Source: Macrostomum lignano
Taxonomy: Eukaryota
Direction of reading: 5' to 3'
NCBI GenBank assembly: GCA_002269645.1
Contig: NIVC01001047.1
Coordinates: 1 to 43,342, forward strand
DNA length: 43,342 nt
Below, piece after piece: positions 11,584 to 25,700 of the stretch. Numbering within the stretch: the first letter of the stretch is position 1; each line of letters begins with the position of its first letter. A program made the translations under genes and the position numbers. A model generated the notes under the pieces. It was given only the letters and a program-made list of their open reading frames with translations, ran no database searches and was not told the DNA's origin.

Positions 11584-14500
11584 GACAGACACACAAACAG
11601 ACAGACCTGGCTATCGGCAAGCAGGCTGGCCGTAGCCGCACTGGGATGCAGCTGAGTAGCCTCGAACATGCCCGGGCCAACTGCGGTAGCTCGCAGTGGC
11701 AACATTGAAGCGTCGGTTCCCATGGCAATGGCGGCCGTAGCGCCGTCTCCATCCTGTAGCTGGCGCAGAGTCCCAGACTCGACATCCGACGCTTTCTGCT
11801 GCTGCTGCTGTTGTTGCGTTTCTAAGAAAAGCGGCGTCATGAGGCCGCCGTGGCGCCGTCGCCAGTCGGCGTCGATCCGGCACTCCCTGAACGGACAGTC
11901 GGCCAGCGGCCGGTCGAACATCGGCCGGCGGAAATCCGGAGTTGATGAGCAGGCGTCCAGCTGTACAGCAGAGCAGAATGCCGGCAGGACGGCTCCGGTT
12001 GACGCCGAGAATTCTTCGTCTCGGTTGCTATCCTCATCTGCGGTATTGTTGCCATGACAACGCGACAACAGGGCGAACCAACGAGCCGACGCTTCGGAGG
12101 GTAAGCCGGAGTTGCGAGACCAGAACTCCAGTAGCCAAGCTCGATTTGATTCGGCCAAATCTGTCAGGCCGGCCAGCAGAGCCGGGGCGCACAGATTCGG
12201 GTGGGTTGGGTACCAGGTGGCCAGGATCTGGTAGGCCTGGCGACGGGCCTGCGGTTTTGGGGTTGGGTTTAGAGGGATCAAAGGGGCATTGAGTGTACAT
12301 TGGGGATAGAGAGAGAATGTTTTAACGGGCACAGAGTGTACATTGGGGATAGAGAGAGAATGTTTTAACGGGCACAGAGTGTACATTGGGGATAGAGAGA
12401 GAATGTTTTAACGGGCACAGAGTGTACATTGGGGATAGAGGGATCTAATGCAAAGATAGGAATGCACATATTGCATAGCAACTAGGTGTAAGAAGGCAGA
12501 CTGCGAATAGTCCATACTATATAGTATGCCTAGAAAAGCCATTAGTGTACACTGAGGCGAATTAAATACACTACAAAAATAGGTCAAACCTGCGGCAAAG
12601 TCAAAGCGGCAACGCTGCCAGCTCCAGCTCCGGTGGAAGCCAGGCACATCTCGCCGACAGCCGCCAGGAGCCAGACTCTCTGCTGTTTAATAGCCGCCTG
12701 CTCAGCGTCAGCCAGCCGCTCCTGCTGCTGCAACAACAGCAGAAGTCTTTCGCAGAGGGCCAGCGCATTCTGCGGCACCCGAGACTCGGCACTGACGCTG
12801 GCCGATCCGCCCGACGACAAAGCGAACAGCCGTTTAAGAGAGTCGAAAAAGCCGCGCTCTTTCAATTCGACAGCAGCGTTCGGCCATCGACAATTGTCGG
12901 AATCGACAGCGGCGGCGGTTGCGGCGGCCGCTAGACAGACCAGACAGTCAGCAAGGGAGTCGCCAGTCAGGTGGGGCAGCTGGAACAGCAGGCGCTGACG
13001 GAATTCAATGCAGGCCAGTCGGGGACAGCAGCGGCTGACCTGGGCGAGCGCGTGCAAGCCGGCGTCGGGGCGAGCGGTGAGCATCTTGCCGAGCTGCTCG
13101 GCGACCTGCTTGTAGAAGGCCGGCCTGCGATGGTGGGCGAGGATAGTCCGTGATTTCATATGCTAGACACCTGGCTACTACCCAGACACCCCAGTATCTA
13201 CCCAGACACTCTAGTATCCACCCAGACACCCTAGTATCCACCCAGACACCCTAGTATCCACCCAGACACTCTAGTATCCACCCAGACACCCTAGTATCCA
13301 CCCAGACACTCTAGTATCTACCCAGACACCCCAGTATCTATCCACCCAGACACTCTAGTATCTACCCAGACACCCCAGTATCTACCCAGACAGACACTCT
13401 AGTATCTACCCAGACACCCCAGTATCTACCCAGACAGACACTCTAGTATCTACCCAGACACCCCAGTATCTACCCAGACAGACACTCTAGTATCTACCCA
13501 GACACCCCAGTATCTACCCAGACAGACACTCTAGTATCTACCCAGACAGACACTCTAGTATCTACCCAGACAGACACTCTAGTATCTACCCAGACAGACA
13601 CTCTAGTATCTATCCAGACAGACACTCTAGTATCTACCCAGACAGACACTCTAGTATCTATCCAGACAGACACTCTAGTATCTACCCAGACAGACACTCT
13701 AGTATCTATCCAGACAGACACTCTAGTATCTACCCAGACACCCCAGTATCTACCCAGACAGACACTCTAGTATCTACCCAGACACTCCAGTATCTACCCA
13801 GACACCCTAAAACCCACCCAGACATCCCCTATTCCCGCTCCAAAATTCTATATTCACCATATCCATGCACAAACTCACACAACACCCTGAGCCGTGACCA
13901 TCTGCCTGAGACACAGGCCGGTCACGCCGGCGCACGGAGAGTACACCTCCTTGCGCGAATGATTCAACAGGCGAACCAGGGCGGCCAGCATCTGCCGACT
14001 ATCGACTCCGCCAACATTGACGCCCAGCTGTTCATTGAAATAAGGCAGCGCGTTCGACAAGTAGGCGTTGTACAGCTGAAGGCCGGCCGCGGCCGCTGGG
14101 TACTCCTCCGTCTGCTGGAGCAGGTCGAATATCCGCCTGCGGGTGATCGGTTACAGACAGGTTGACTGGTTTCTATTCACGAGCTTCCCATAACATTGCT
14201 TTACACAGTTCACCCTCTCCCCACTGTCTGTTTCACCCTCTCCCCACTGTCTGTTTCACCCTCTCCCCACTGTCTGTTTCACCCTCTCCCCACTGTCTGT
14301 TTCACCCTCTCCCCACTGTCTGTTACACCCTCTCCCCACTGTCTGTTTCACCCTCTCCCCACTGTCTGTTTCACCCTCTCCCTACTCTCCTGCACTCACT
14401 TGTAAGGCACGCAGTGAACCCGACTTCTCCAACTGCGTATCAAAGCGTCCAGCAGACGCCAGTTGTTTTTAAATATTCGCCTCTCCTTGTCGTAACAGAG

Positions 14501-17500
14501 GCCGGTCAGCTTGTCGAGTAGGCGCTCGACCAAGTCTCGATCGCCGAGGTCGTCCTGCTCGATTTAGGAAGAATAATTCGAACAATTCTTAAAGACGGCC
14601 GATTCTTAAAGTACAATGGGCGATTCTTAAAGTGCAATAGTAAATTCTTAAAGTGCAATAGGCGATTCTTAAGTACAATGGACGATTCCTAAAGTACAAT
14701 AGGCTATTATTAAAGTACAATAGACGATTCTTAAAGTACAATGGGCGATTTTTAAAGTACAATGGGAGATTCTTAAAGTACAATGGGCGATTCTTAAAGT
14801 ACAATAGACTATTCTTATAGTACAATCGGCGATTCCCACAAGAACAGCAAGCAGCAGAGAAGTACCCGAAGCCCGACCCCCCAGCTCACTCGCCTCTGGA
14901 ATCGCAGTGCCAGACCAGGCCACAAAAAAGTACACGATGTCCACTAGCAGGGTGTGAAATCCTTGACCGCCATTGCGATCTGACAACGCGAACTGGCACA
15001 TTGGCCTCAGCCAAAAATGCGCATACGGTTGAAAAATCTCCTGACAATTGATCAGCAGCTTCATTAGAAATATTCGAACATTCGGATGACTATCTGTCGA
15101 ACTATTCGACACCTTCTGCAGCATGTTCTGCATCCATTTGGGCATCTGAGTTGGCTTGACACCCTCCGGCAGTTCGGGAATCAATTTGATGGCTTTCATA
15201 TGCCGCAACAGAGCAACCATAGTTGCCATGCAGGGATGGTCGTTAACGGAGTCGGACTCGAGCACGATCAGGTTCCGGCGGGTAGCCGTCAGAGTTTGAT
15301 TATGAAATCGGTTTTTTCTACTGCGGCGCTGATTAATAGCGAAAGAGCTCGAAGTTGATAAGGACAAACTAGCGGTTGCTAGGGACGCCGAATCGCTCGT
15401 ATTCGACAAATCGGCGGTTACTAACCGATCGAACTGGCTAACATCAGAGGACAGGCTGCTGTCTGCTAGAAATTGGGAAGCAGCAAATTGAAGGGCTGAG
15501 GTTGAAGATGAGGACGGATTCAACCAGGACAGGTCGTCTGTGGGTCCTGCCTCGGAGGCTGAGGAATCTGACGCTGATGAAGCAGCTGGGCGCACGGATA
15601 CCAGGTACTGCTTGCGGCTGGCGCTTTGCTGCAAGGTTGAGTGCAATTTGAATATTGCTTCAATTGCTTTTAGAATCAATATCAGGGTTGTAGGCATTGT
15701 ATAATTTTTCTTAGCAACAATTGTTATTTACCCTAGCAACTGTACTTTACTCTAAACAACTACGCCGAACCCGTTAGCACCTGTGCCAATCTGCATCTGC
15801 AATTTTATAAATCACCTTAGCAACAGTACCAATCCCCTTAGCAACAGTACCAATAGCCATAGCAACAGTACCAATCCCCTTAGCAACAGTACCAATCCCC
15901 TTAGCAACAGTACCAATCCCCTTAGCAACAGTACCAATCCCCTTAGCAACAGTACCAATAGCCATAGCAACAGTACCAATCCCCTTAGCAACAGTACCAA
16001 TCCCCTTAGCAACAGTACCAATAGCCACAGCAACAGTACCAATAGCCACAGCAACAGTACCAATAGCCACAGCAACAGTACCAATAGCCATAGCAACAGT
16101 ACCAATCCCCCTAGCAACAGTAACAATAGCCACAGCAACAGTACCAATAGCCATAGCAACAGTACCAATCCCCCTAGCAACAGTAACAATAGCCACAGCA
16201 ACAGTACCAATAGCCACAGCAACAGTACCAATAGCCATAGCAACAGTACCAATCCCCCTAGCAACAGTAACAATAGCCACAGCAACAGTACCAATAGCCA
16301 CAGCAACAGAACCAATAGCCACAGCAACAGTACCAATAGCCACAGCAACAGTACCAATAGCCATAGCAACAGTACCAATCCCCCTAGCAACAGTAACAAT
16401 AGCCACAGCAACAGTACCAATAGCCATAGCAACAGTACCAATCCCCCTAGCAACAGTAACAATAGCCACAGCAACAGTACCAATAGCCACAGCAACAGTA
16501 CCAATAGCCACAGCAACAGTACCAATAGCCATAGCAACAGTACCAATCCCCCTAGCAACAGTAACAATAGCCACAGCAACAGTACCAATAGCCACAGCAA
16601 CAGTACCAATAGCCACAGCAACAGTACCAATCCCCTTAGCAACAGTACCAATCCCCTTAGCAACAGTACCAATAGACACAGCAACAGTACCAATCCCCCT
16701 AGCAACAGTAACAATAGCCACAGCAACAGTACCAATAGCCACAGCAACAGTACCAATAGCCACAGCAACAGTACCAATAGCCACAGCAACAGTACCAATA
16801 GCCATAGCAACAGTACCAATCGCCTTAGCAACAGTACTAATACCCTTAGAAACAGTGCCAAGCCCCAGCAACAGTACTAATCCTCTTAGCAACAGGACTA
16901 ATCTTGCCTTAGAAACCATGTAAATTAATAGCATTAACCAACCTCAACCTGCAGCGGCAGCTGATAGTCCACATCAGTAGGCACAATATTATCAAAGATA
17001 AACTTTCGTTTGGCGGCATTCTCTGTGAAAGGTGGCAGGTAGCTCCGCTCCTTGTCCGAAGCGGCCTTGATGCAGTGCACCAATAGGTTGTACGCTTCAC
17101 ACTGCATCTGACGGGCCGACTCACGGCAGCGGGGAAAACTCTGAGTGACCAGGTCGTAGCATTGGCTGGGGGATTTAAGAATTGAGCGGATTGTTAATTT
17201 AGGGATCAGTATGGATTTGAACAGGTAAATGGGGATCAGTATGAATTTGAACAGGTAAATGGGGATCAGAATGGATTGGAACAGGTAAATGGGGATCGGA
17301 TTAGATACGGACGGGTAAATGGTGATCAGATTAGATCCAGACAGGTAAATTGGGATCAGATTAGATACGGACAGGTAAATGGGGATCCGATTAGATCCAG
17401 ACAGGTAAATTGGGATCAGATTAGATACGGACAGGTAAATGGGGATCAGATTAGATACGGACAGGTAAATGGGGATCAGTATGAATTTGAACAGGTAAAT

Positions 17501-20500
17501 GGGGATCAGAATGGATTATAACTGGTAAATAGGGATCAGTATTAATTTGGAACAGGTAAATGGGGATCAGATTAGATACGGACAGGTAAATTGGGATCAG
17601 ATTAGATACGGACAGGTAAATTGGGATCAGATTAGATACGGACAGGTAAATGGGGATCAAATTAGATACGGACAGGTAAATGGGGATCAGATTAGATACG
17701 GACAGGTAAATTGGGATCAGATTAGATACGGACAGGTAAATGGGGATCAGATTAGATACGGACAGGTAAATGGGGATCAGATTAGATACGGACAGGTAAA
17801 TGGGGATCAGATTAGATACGGACAGGTAAATGGGGATCAGATTAGATACGGACAGGTAAATGGGGATCAGATTAGATACGGACAGGTAAATGGGGATCAG
17901 ATTAGATACGGACAGGTAAATGGGGATCAGATTAGATACGGACAGGTAAATGGGGATCAGATTAGATACGGACAGGTAAATGGGGATCAGATTAGATACG
18001 GACAGGTAAATGGGGATCAGATTAGATACGGACAGGTAAATGGGGATCCGATTAGATCCAGACAGGTAAATTGGGATCAGATTAGATACAGACAGGTAAA
18101 TGGGGATCAGATTAGATCCAGACAGGTAAATGGGGATCAGATTAGATACGGACAGGTAAATGGGGATCAGATTAGATACGGACAGGTACATGGGGATCAG
18201 ATTAGATACGGACAGGTAAATGGGGATCAGATCCCATTACTCACACGGAGACCCAGTTGCTCAAACTCCTGTCTGGATCCTTCTGAGCAGCTGGCTGCCT
18301 AGAATAAAATCGTTTAAAAGCGTCGCAGAGCCTGGGCAACGCCAGCTCTGTGAGGCCGCAGGCCATGTAGAAGCAGGACAGGACTCGACAGCAGCCCCGA
18401 GCCAGTAGGAGAATTTCCTCAGTCTCCGACTCGTTGAAACCAGCTAGCGATTGCTGGGCATTGAGCAGGCAGGTCAGGCAGTACTCCAAACAGTCGTCTG
18501 TGGCAACGAAGTCCAGCAAAACGGAGCCGTGACACTGGGTGAGCAGTGGAGCGAGCACTCGGCTCACCAGTTGCTCCCGGTGGAAGCCTGACGAGTAAGG
18601 GAGGTACATATATCATTTCTGTATCATACGCAATACAGACAGAGACAGTACAGCAATACAGACAGAGACAGTACAGCAATACAGACAGTGACAGTACAGC
18701 AATACAGACAGTGACAGTACAGCAATACAGACAGTGACAGTACAGCAATGCAAACAGTGACAGTACAGCAATGCAGACAGTGACAGTACAGCAATACAGA
18801 CAGTGACAGTACAGCAATACAGACAGATACAGTACAGCAATACAGACAGTGACAGTACAGCAATACAGACAGATACAGTACAGCAATACAGACAGATGCA
18901 GTACAGCAATACAGACAGAGACAGTACAGCAATACAGACAGTGACAGTACAGCAATACAGACAGATACAGTACAGCAATACAGACAGTGACAGTACAGCA
19001 ATACAGACAGTGACAGTACAGCAATACAGACAGTGACAGTACAGCAATACAGACAGTGACAGTACAGCAATACAGACAGAGACAGTACAGCAATACAGAT
19101 AGATACAGTACAGCAATACAGACAGTGACAGTACAGCAATACAGACAGTGACAGTACAGCAATACAGACAGTGACAGTACAGCAATACAGACAGTGACAG
19201 TACAGCAATACAGACAGATACAGTACAGCAATACAGACAGTGACAGTACAGCAATATAGACAGAGACAGTACAGCAAAACAGACAGACAGTACAGCAATA
19301 CAGACAGTGACAGTACAGCAATACAGACAGACAGTACAGCAAAACAGACAGACAGTACAGCAATACAGACAGACAGTACAGCAATACAGACAGACAGTAC
19401 AGCAAAACAGACAGACAGTACAGCAATACAGACAGTGACAGTACAGCAATACAGACAGTGACAGTACAGCAATACAGAGTGACAGTACAGCAATACAGAC
19501 AGACAGTACAGCAATACAGACAGACAGTACAGCAAAACAGACAGACAGTACAGCAATACAGACAGTGACAGTACAGCAATACAGACAGACAGTACAGCAA
19601 AACAGACAGACAGTACAGCAATACAGACAGTGACAGTACAGCAATACAGACAGTGACAGTACAGCAATACAGACAGACAGTACAGCAATACAGACAGACA
19701 GTACAGCAAAACAGACAGACAGTACAGCAATACAGACAGTGACAGTACAGCAATACAGACAGACAGTACAGCAATACAGACAGTGACAGTACAGCAATAC
19801 AGACAGACAGTACAGCAATACAGACAGACAGTACAGCAAAACAGACAGACAGTACAGCAATACAGACAGTGACAGTACAGCAATACAGACAGACAGTACA
19901 GCAAAACAGACAGACAGTACAGCAATACAGACAGTGACAGTACAGCAATACAGACAGTGACAGTACAGCAATACAGACAGACAGTACAGCAATACAGACA
20001 GACAGTACAGCAAAACAGACAGACAGTACAGCAATACAGACAGTGACAGTACAGCAATACAGACAGACAGTACAGCAATACAGACAGACAGTACAGCAAA
20101 ACAGACAGACAGTACAGCAATACAGACAGTGACAGTACAGCAATACAGACAGACAGTACAGCAATACAGACAGACAGTACAGCAATACAGACAGACAGTA
20201 CAGCAATACAGACAGTGACAGTACAGCAATACAGACAGACAGTACAGCAAAACAGACAGACAGTACAGCAATACAGACAGTGACAGTACAGCAATACAGA
20301 CAGTGACAGTACAGCAATACAGACAGTGACAGTACAGCAATACAGACAGTGACAGTACAGCAATACAGACAGACAGTACAGCAATACAGACAGACAGTAC
20401 AGCAAAACAGACAGACAGTACAGCAATACAGACAGTGACAGTACAGCAATACAGACAGTGACAGTACAGCAATACAGACAGACAGTACAGCAATACAGAC

Positions 20501-22570
20501 AGACAGTACAGCACCAGCAACTCACCAGTGAAGTCACCGCCGCCAGAGTCACCGCGGAAGAGTCGCCAAGGCCAGGTGACGAAGTCTCGGCAGCGCTGGA
20601 TGGGGATGCGCAGCAGCAGCCGGTTCAAGCACTGCTGAAACTCGGCTTCGAGCGCGTGCTGCCGCTCTTTGCACACCAGGATTGACAGAATCTCCAACAG
20701 GAGAGGGTGCTCGCTGGTCTCCTGGGCAAGGAGCAGCTGCAGGCGGGGGTAAAGGAGGGAGAAACTGAAATGAGTGCTTGGATCAGTTACTCACTTAGTT
20801 ACTCCAGTTACGAGTATTCACTCTCTCAATTATTTGTCTGTTTAATCATTTACCTGATCATTTATTTACGCGCAATCATTCACTAACTCAAAAAAATACC
20901 CAATAATAACGTATTTACTCAACATCACTTATTTAGTCCCTCATTCACTCACTCACTCACTCACTCACTCACTCACTCACTCACTCACTCACTCACTCAC
21001 TCATTCACTCACTCACTCACTCACTCACTCACTCACTCACTCGCTCACTGACTCACTGACTCACTTATTTACTCATTCACTAATTAATTTATTCATTCAG
21101 TCACTCATTACCTCACTCACTCACTTATTCACTCACTCATACTCCCCAACCCACTCACTCACTCACTCACTCACTCACTCACTCACTCATTTTCCTGCTC
21201 GCCCGCTGAATCAACTACGCACTTAATTCTGTGATGGATAATTTAACTATCATACATTTTAGGTTGATAATTCTTTCTGTAGGCCGCTGTTTAACTAATA
21301 CTTAAAAAGCCAGTTGCAAAATATTTTGTTATAAATAACAAAGCTGCTTACCGCTCGAAAAGCTCTAACGTACTGGCAGTAGGCATGCGAATTGATGCCT
21401 AGCTGGTTTGAGCAGCGCATGAGCACAGTCTCGGAGCAGAGCAGCTTCAATTGGCTGCTCAAACGTTCGGCTCGTTCCGTAGACGGATTTCGGCACATGT
21501 AGCCGAGGAGAGCCAGGCCGTTTACCTGCGGGTGAGTGAGTGAGTGAGTGAGTGAATAAGTGAGTGAATTAGTCAATGAGTGAGCGAGTGAGTGAATGAG
21601 TGAGTGATGGAGTGATTCAGATTGAGTGAGTGAGTGAGTGAGTGAGTGAGTAAGTGAGTGAGTAAGTGAGTGAGTGAGTGAGTGAGTGAGTAAGTGATTG
21701 AGTGAGTGAGTGAGTGAGTGAGCGAATGAGTTAATGAATGAGTGATTGAGTGGGTGAGTGAGTGAGTGAGTGAGTGAGTGAGTGAGTGAGTGAGTGAGTG
21801 AGTGAGTGAGTGAGTGAGTAAGTGAGTGAGTAAGTAAGTGAGTAAGTGAGTGAGTGAGTGAGTAAGTGAGTGAGTAAGTGAGTGAGTGAGTAAGTGAGTG
21901 AGTAAGTAAGTGAGTAAGTGAGTGAGTGAGTGAGTGAGTGAGTGAGTGAGTGAGTGAGTGAGTGAGTGAGTGAGTGAGTGAGTAAGTGAGTGAGTAAGTG
22001 AGTGAGTAAGTGAGTGAGTGAGTGAGTAAGTGAGTGAGTAAGTGAGTGAGTGAGTAAGTGAGTGAGTAAGTAAGTGAGTAAGTGAGTGAGTGAGTGAGTG
22101 AGTGAGTGAGTGAGTGAGTGAGTAAGTGAGTGAATGAGTGAGTGAGCAAGTGCGTAAATGAGTGAGTGAGCCATCAGTTCAATCAAAACAAATTAGTCAC
22201 AGTCCAAGGAAATCTCTATACTTACAATCAAATCGAAATTCACCCGGGAATTCAAGACGCCAACAAACAGAACGAAGACTTGATCGTTTGATTTGACGAG
22301 CTAAAAAAGAAAAAAAAATGATTAGTAACAATTTTCCTAGCAGGAACTTAAAACAAGTTTTTTTCAGCCCACCTCAGCGTCCACAGCCAGCAGATTGGTG
22401 AGAATTCCCAGCACGCTGAACCGGCAATCGTCGTTTCCGTAGTCCCACAGCTGCTGGACCAGGGCCCACTGGGCCAGGATCTGGCTGGCCAGTTGCTTGG
22501 GAGTGCTGTCAAATTAACAGTTTGCACTTTTAAGTAACTCATGTGACACAGGCAGACAGACAGACAGACA

Positions 22571-22613
<43 letters not shown>

Positions 22614-22629
22614 ACAGACAGACAGACAC

Positions 22630-22664
<35 letters not shown>

Positions 22665-22691
22665 TACACACACACAGACAGAGACAGACAC

Positions 22692-22750
<59 letters not shown>

Positions 22751-25700
22751 CACACAGACAGAGACAGACACACAGACACACACACACACACAGACAGACA
22801 CACAGACACACAGATAGACAGACAGATAGACAGACAGACAGACAGACAGCCAGACAGACAGCCAGACAGACAGACAGACAGACAGACAGACAGCCAGACA
22901 GACAGACAGCTCACTCATCAGCGCAGCCCTGCTTGCTCAAAGCGGTCCTCTTAACGGAGGCAGCGAGGCTCTCCAGAATGGCGGCCAGAGCGGGCAGCCT
23001 AGCAATGGTGGCCGCAGCTGTAGCGGGTGCTGTGGCAGCTTTCAGCAGAGGCGAAGCGGCCAGAATAGTCAGTAGCGACTGGCAATTGGCTGAGAAATAA
23101 GCTGTGAGACAGGGCTTGTAGCTGTTTAGTAGGTCGAGTCCGGCTGAGTGCTCGGTGAGTAGAGTGACGAGAGGCTGCAGCTGTGAAAGAGTTATCATAT
23201 AGATTAATAAAATTAATATTGAAGTTTCCTAGAAGTTACAAGAATCCTATAAACAAAAATCAACCGAGAAAAGTATACGGCAAATGATCCGTTCTTCTAA
23301 GATAACCCTAAATCATGTTAACAACGATAATCTACTACCGACCGTACGATAATATACTACCCTATGAGACTCCACTACCCTACGATAATCTACTACCCTA
23401 CGATAATCCTCTTCCCTATGATAATCCACGCAACACTATGATAATCCACTACCCTATGATAGTCCACTACCCTACGATAATCCTCTACCCTACGATAATC
23501 CTCTTCCCTACGATAATCCTCTTCCCTACGATAATCCTCTTCCCTAAGATAATCCTCTTCCCTACGATAATCCTCTTCCCTACGATAATCCTCTTCCCTA
23601 AGATAATCCTCTTCCCTACGATAATCATCTTCCTTACGATAATCCTCTTCCCTACGATAATCCACAACCCTACGATAATCCTCTTCCCTACGATAATCCT
23701 CTTCCCTAAGATAATCCTCTTCCCTACGATAATCCTCTTCCCTACGATAATCCTCTTCCCTAAGATAATCCTCTTCCCTACGATAATCATCTTCCTTACG
23801 ATAATCCTCTTCCCTACGATAATCCACGCAACACTATGATAATCCACTACCTTACGATAATCCACTACCTTACGATAATCCACAACCCTACGATAATCCA
23901 CTACCCTACGATAATCCACTACCCTACGATAATCCACAACCCTACGATAATCCACTACCCTACGATAATCCACTACCCTACGATAATCCACTACCCTACG
24001 ATAATCCACTACCACACGCTAATTAACTACGCTGCACTAATACACTAAAATATGATAAGCCGCCTACATGGTTGTCAAACTCACCAGAGCAGAATCGTTC
24101 AAAGCGTAGGTAAGCGCCGCATCAATTAGCTGAGGCAGCACCGGGTGTTGCTGGGTGGTCTGAGCAGACTCAGCCAGCTGAAGATTGAGATAAGAATGGC
24201 AGGTTTTCTTAGTCAGTTTCTGCTTAGATTCTGCATCTACATCTCTGATTTACTGACCTTATGCTAGGATATAGGAATTACAAAACAAGAATTGGTAAGT
24301 GATACGTGTAGTAGGAGAGTCATTAGGTATGGAAAGGGTCATTAGGTGTTGCAGGGGTCATTAGGTGTGGAAAGGGTCATTAGGTGTTGCAGGGGTCATT
24401 AGGTGTGGAAAGGGTCATTAGGTGTTGCAGGGGTCATTAGGTGTGGAAAGGGTCATTAGGTGTTGCAGGGGTCATTAGGTATGGAAAGGGTCATTAGGTG
24501 TTGCAGGGGTCATTAGGTGTGGAAAGGGTCATTAGGTGTTGCAGGGGTCATTAGGTGTGGAAAGGGTCATTAGGTGTTGCAGGGGTCATTAGGTGTGGAA
24601 AGGGTCATTAGGTGTTGCAGGGGTCATTAGGTGTGGAAAGGGTCATTAGGTGTTGCAGGGGTCACTAGGTGTGGAAAGGGTCATTAGGTGTTGCAGGGGT
24701 CATTAGGTGTGGAAAGGGTCATTAGGTGTTGCAGGGGTCATTAGGTGTGGAAAGGGTCATTAGGTGTTGCAGGGTTCATTAGGTATGGAAAGGGTCATTA
24801 GGTGTTGCAGGGGTCATTAGGTGTGGAAAGGGTCATTAGGTGTTGCAGGGGTCATTAGGTGTGGAAAGGGTCATTAGGTGTTGCAGGGGTCATTAGGTGT
24901 GGAAAGGTTCATTAGGTGTTGCAGGGGTCATTAGGTGTGGAAAGGGTCATTAGGTGTGGAAAGGGTCATTAGGTGTTGCAGGGGTCATTAGGTGTGGAAA
25001 GGGTCATTAGGTGTTGCAGGGGTCATTAGGTATGGAAAGGGTCATTAGGTGTTGCAGGGGTCATTAGGTATGAAAAGGGTCATTAGGTGTTGCAGGGGTC
25101 ATTAGGTGTGGAAAGGGTCATTAGGTGTTGCAGGGGTCATTAGGTGTGGCAGGGGTCATTAGATTTTTCAGGGGTCATTAGGAGTGGCAGGGGTCATTAA
25201 GTACGGCAGGCAGGGGTCATTAGACATTGCAGGGGTCATTAGGTGTGGAAAGGGTCATTAGGTGTTGCAGGGGTCATTAGGTGTGGAAAGGGTCATTAGG
25301 TGTTGCAGGGGTCATTAGGTGTGGAAAGGGTCATTAGGTGTTGCAGGGGTCATTAGGTGTGGAAAGGGTCATTAGGTGTTGCAGGGGTCATTAGGTGTGG
25401 AAAGGGTCATTAGGTGTTGCAGGGGTCATTAGGTGTGGAAAGGGTCATTAGGTGTTGCAAGGGTCATTAGGTGTGGAAAGGGTCATTAGGTGTTGCAGGG
25501 GTCATTAGGTGTGGAAAGGGTCATTAGGTGTTGCAGGGGTCATTAGGTGTGGAAAGGGTCATTAGGTGTTGCAGGGGTCATTAGGTGTGGAAAGGGTCAT
25601 TAGGTGTTGCAGGGGTCATTAGGTGTGGAAAGGGTCATTAGGTGTGGAAAGGGTCATTAGGTGTTGCAGGGGTCATTAGGTGTGGAAAGGGTCATTAGGT

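Noticed and set aside
15774-16934. Long ORFs of 349-386 aa (SNSTN, VAIGT or Leu-rich) resembling mucins or membrane proteins
   Set aside because: Translations of a 21-bp intronic minisatellite, open in several frames on both strands.
17451-18302. [10 protein letters not shown] repeat protein
   Set aside because: A 30-bp unit divisible by three inside an intron; no codon-position bias in its variants.
18419-20697. Three ~650-690-aa Cys-rich ORFs
   Set aside because: A stop-free repeat read in all three frames; only the ends overlap real DNA-PKcs exons.
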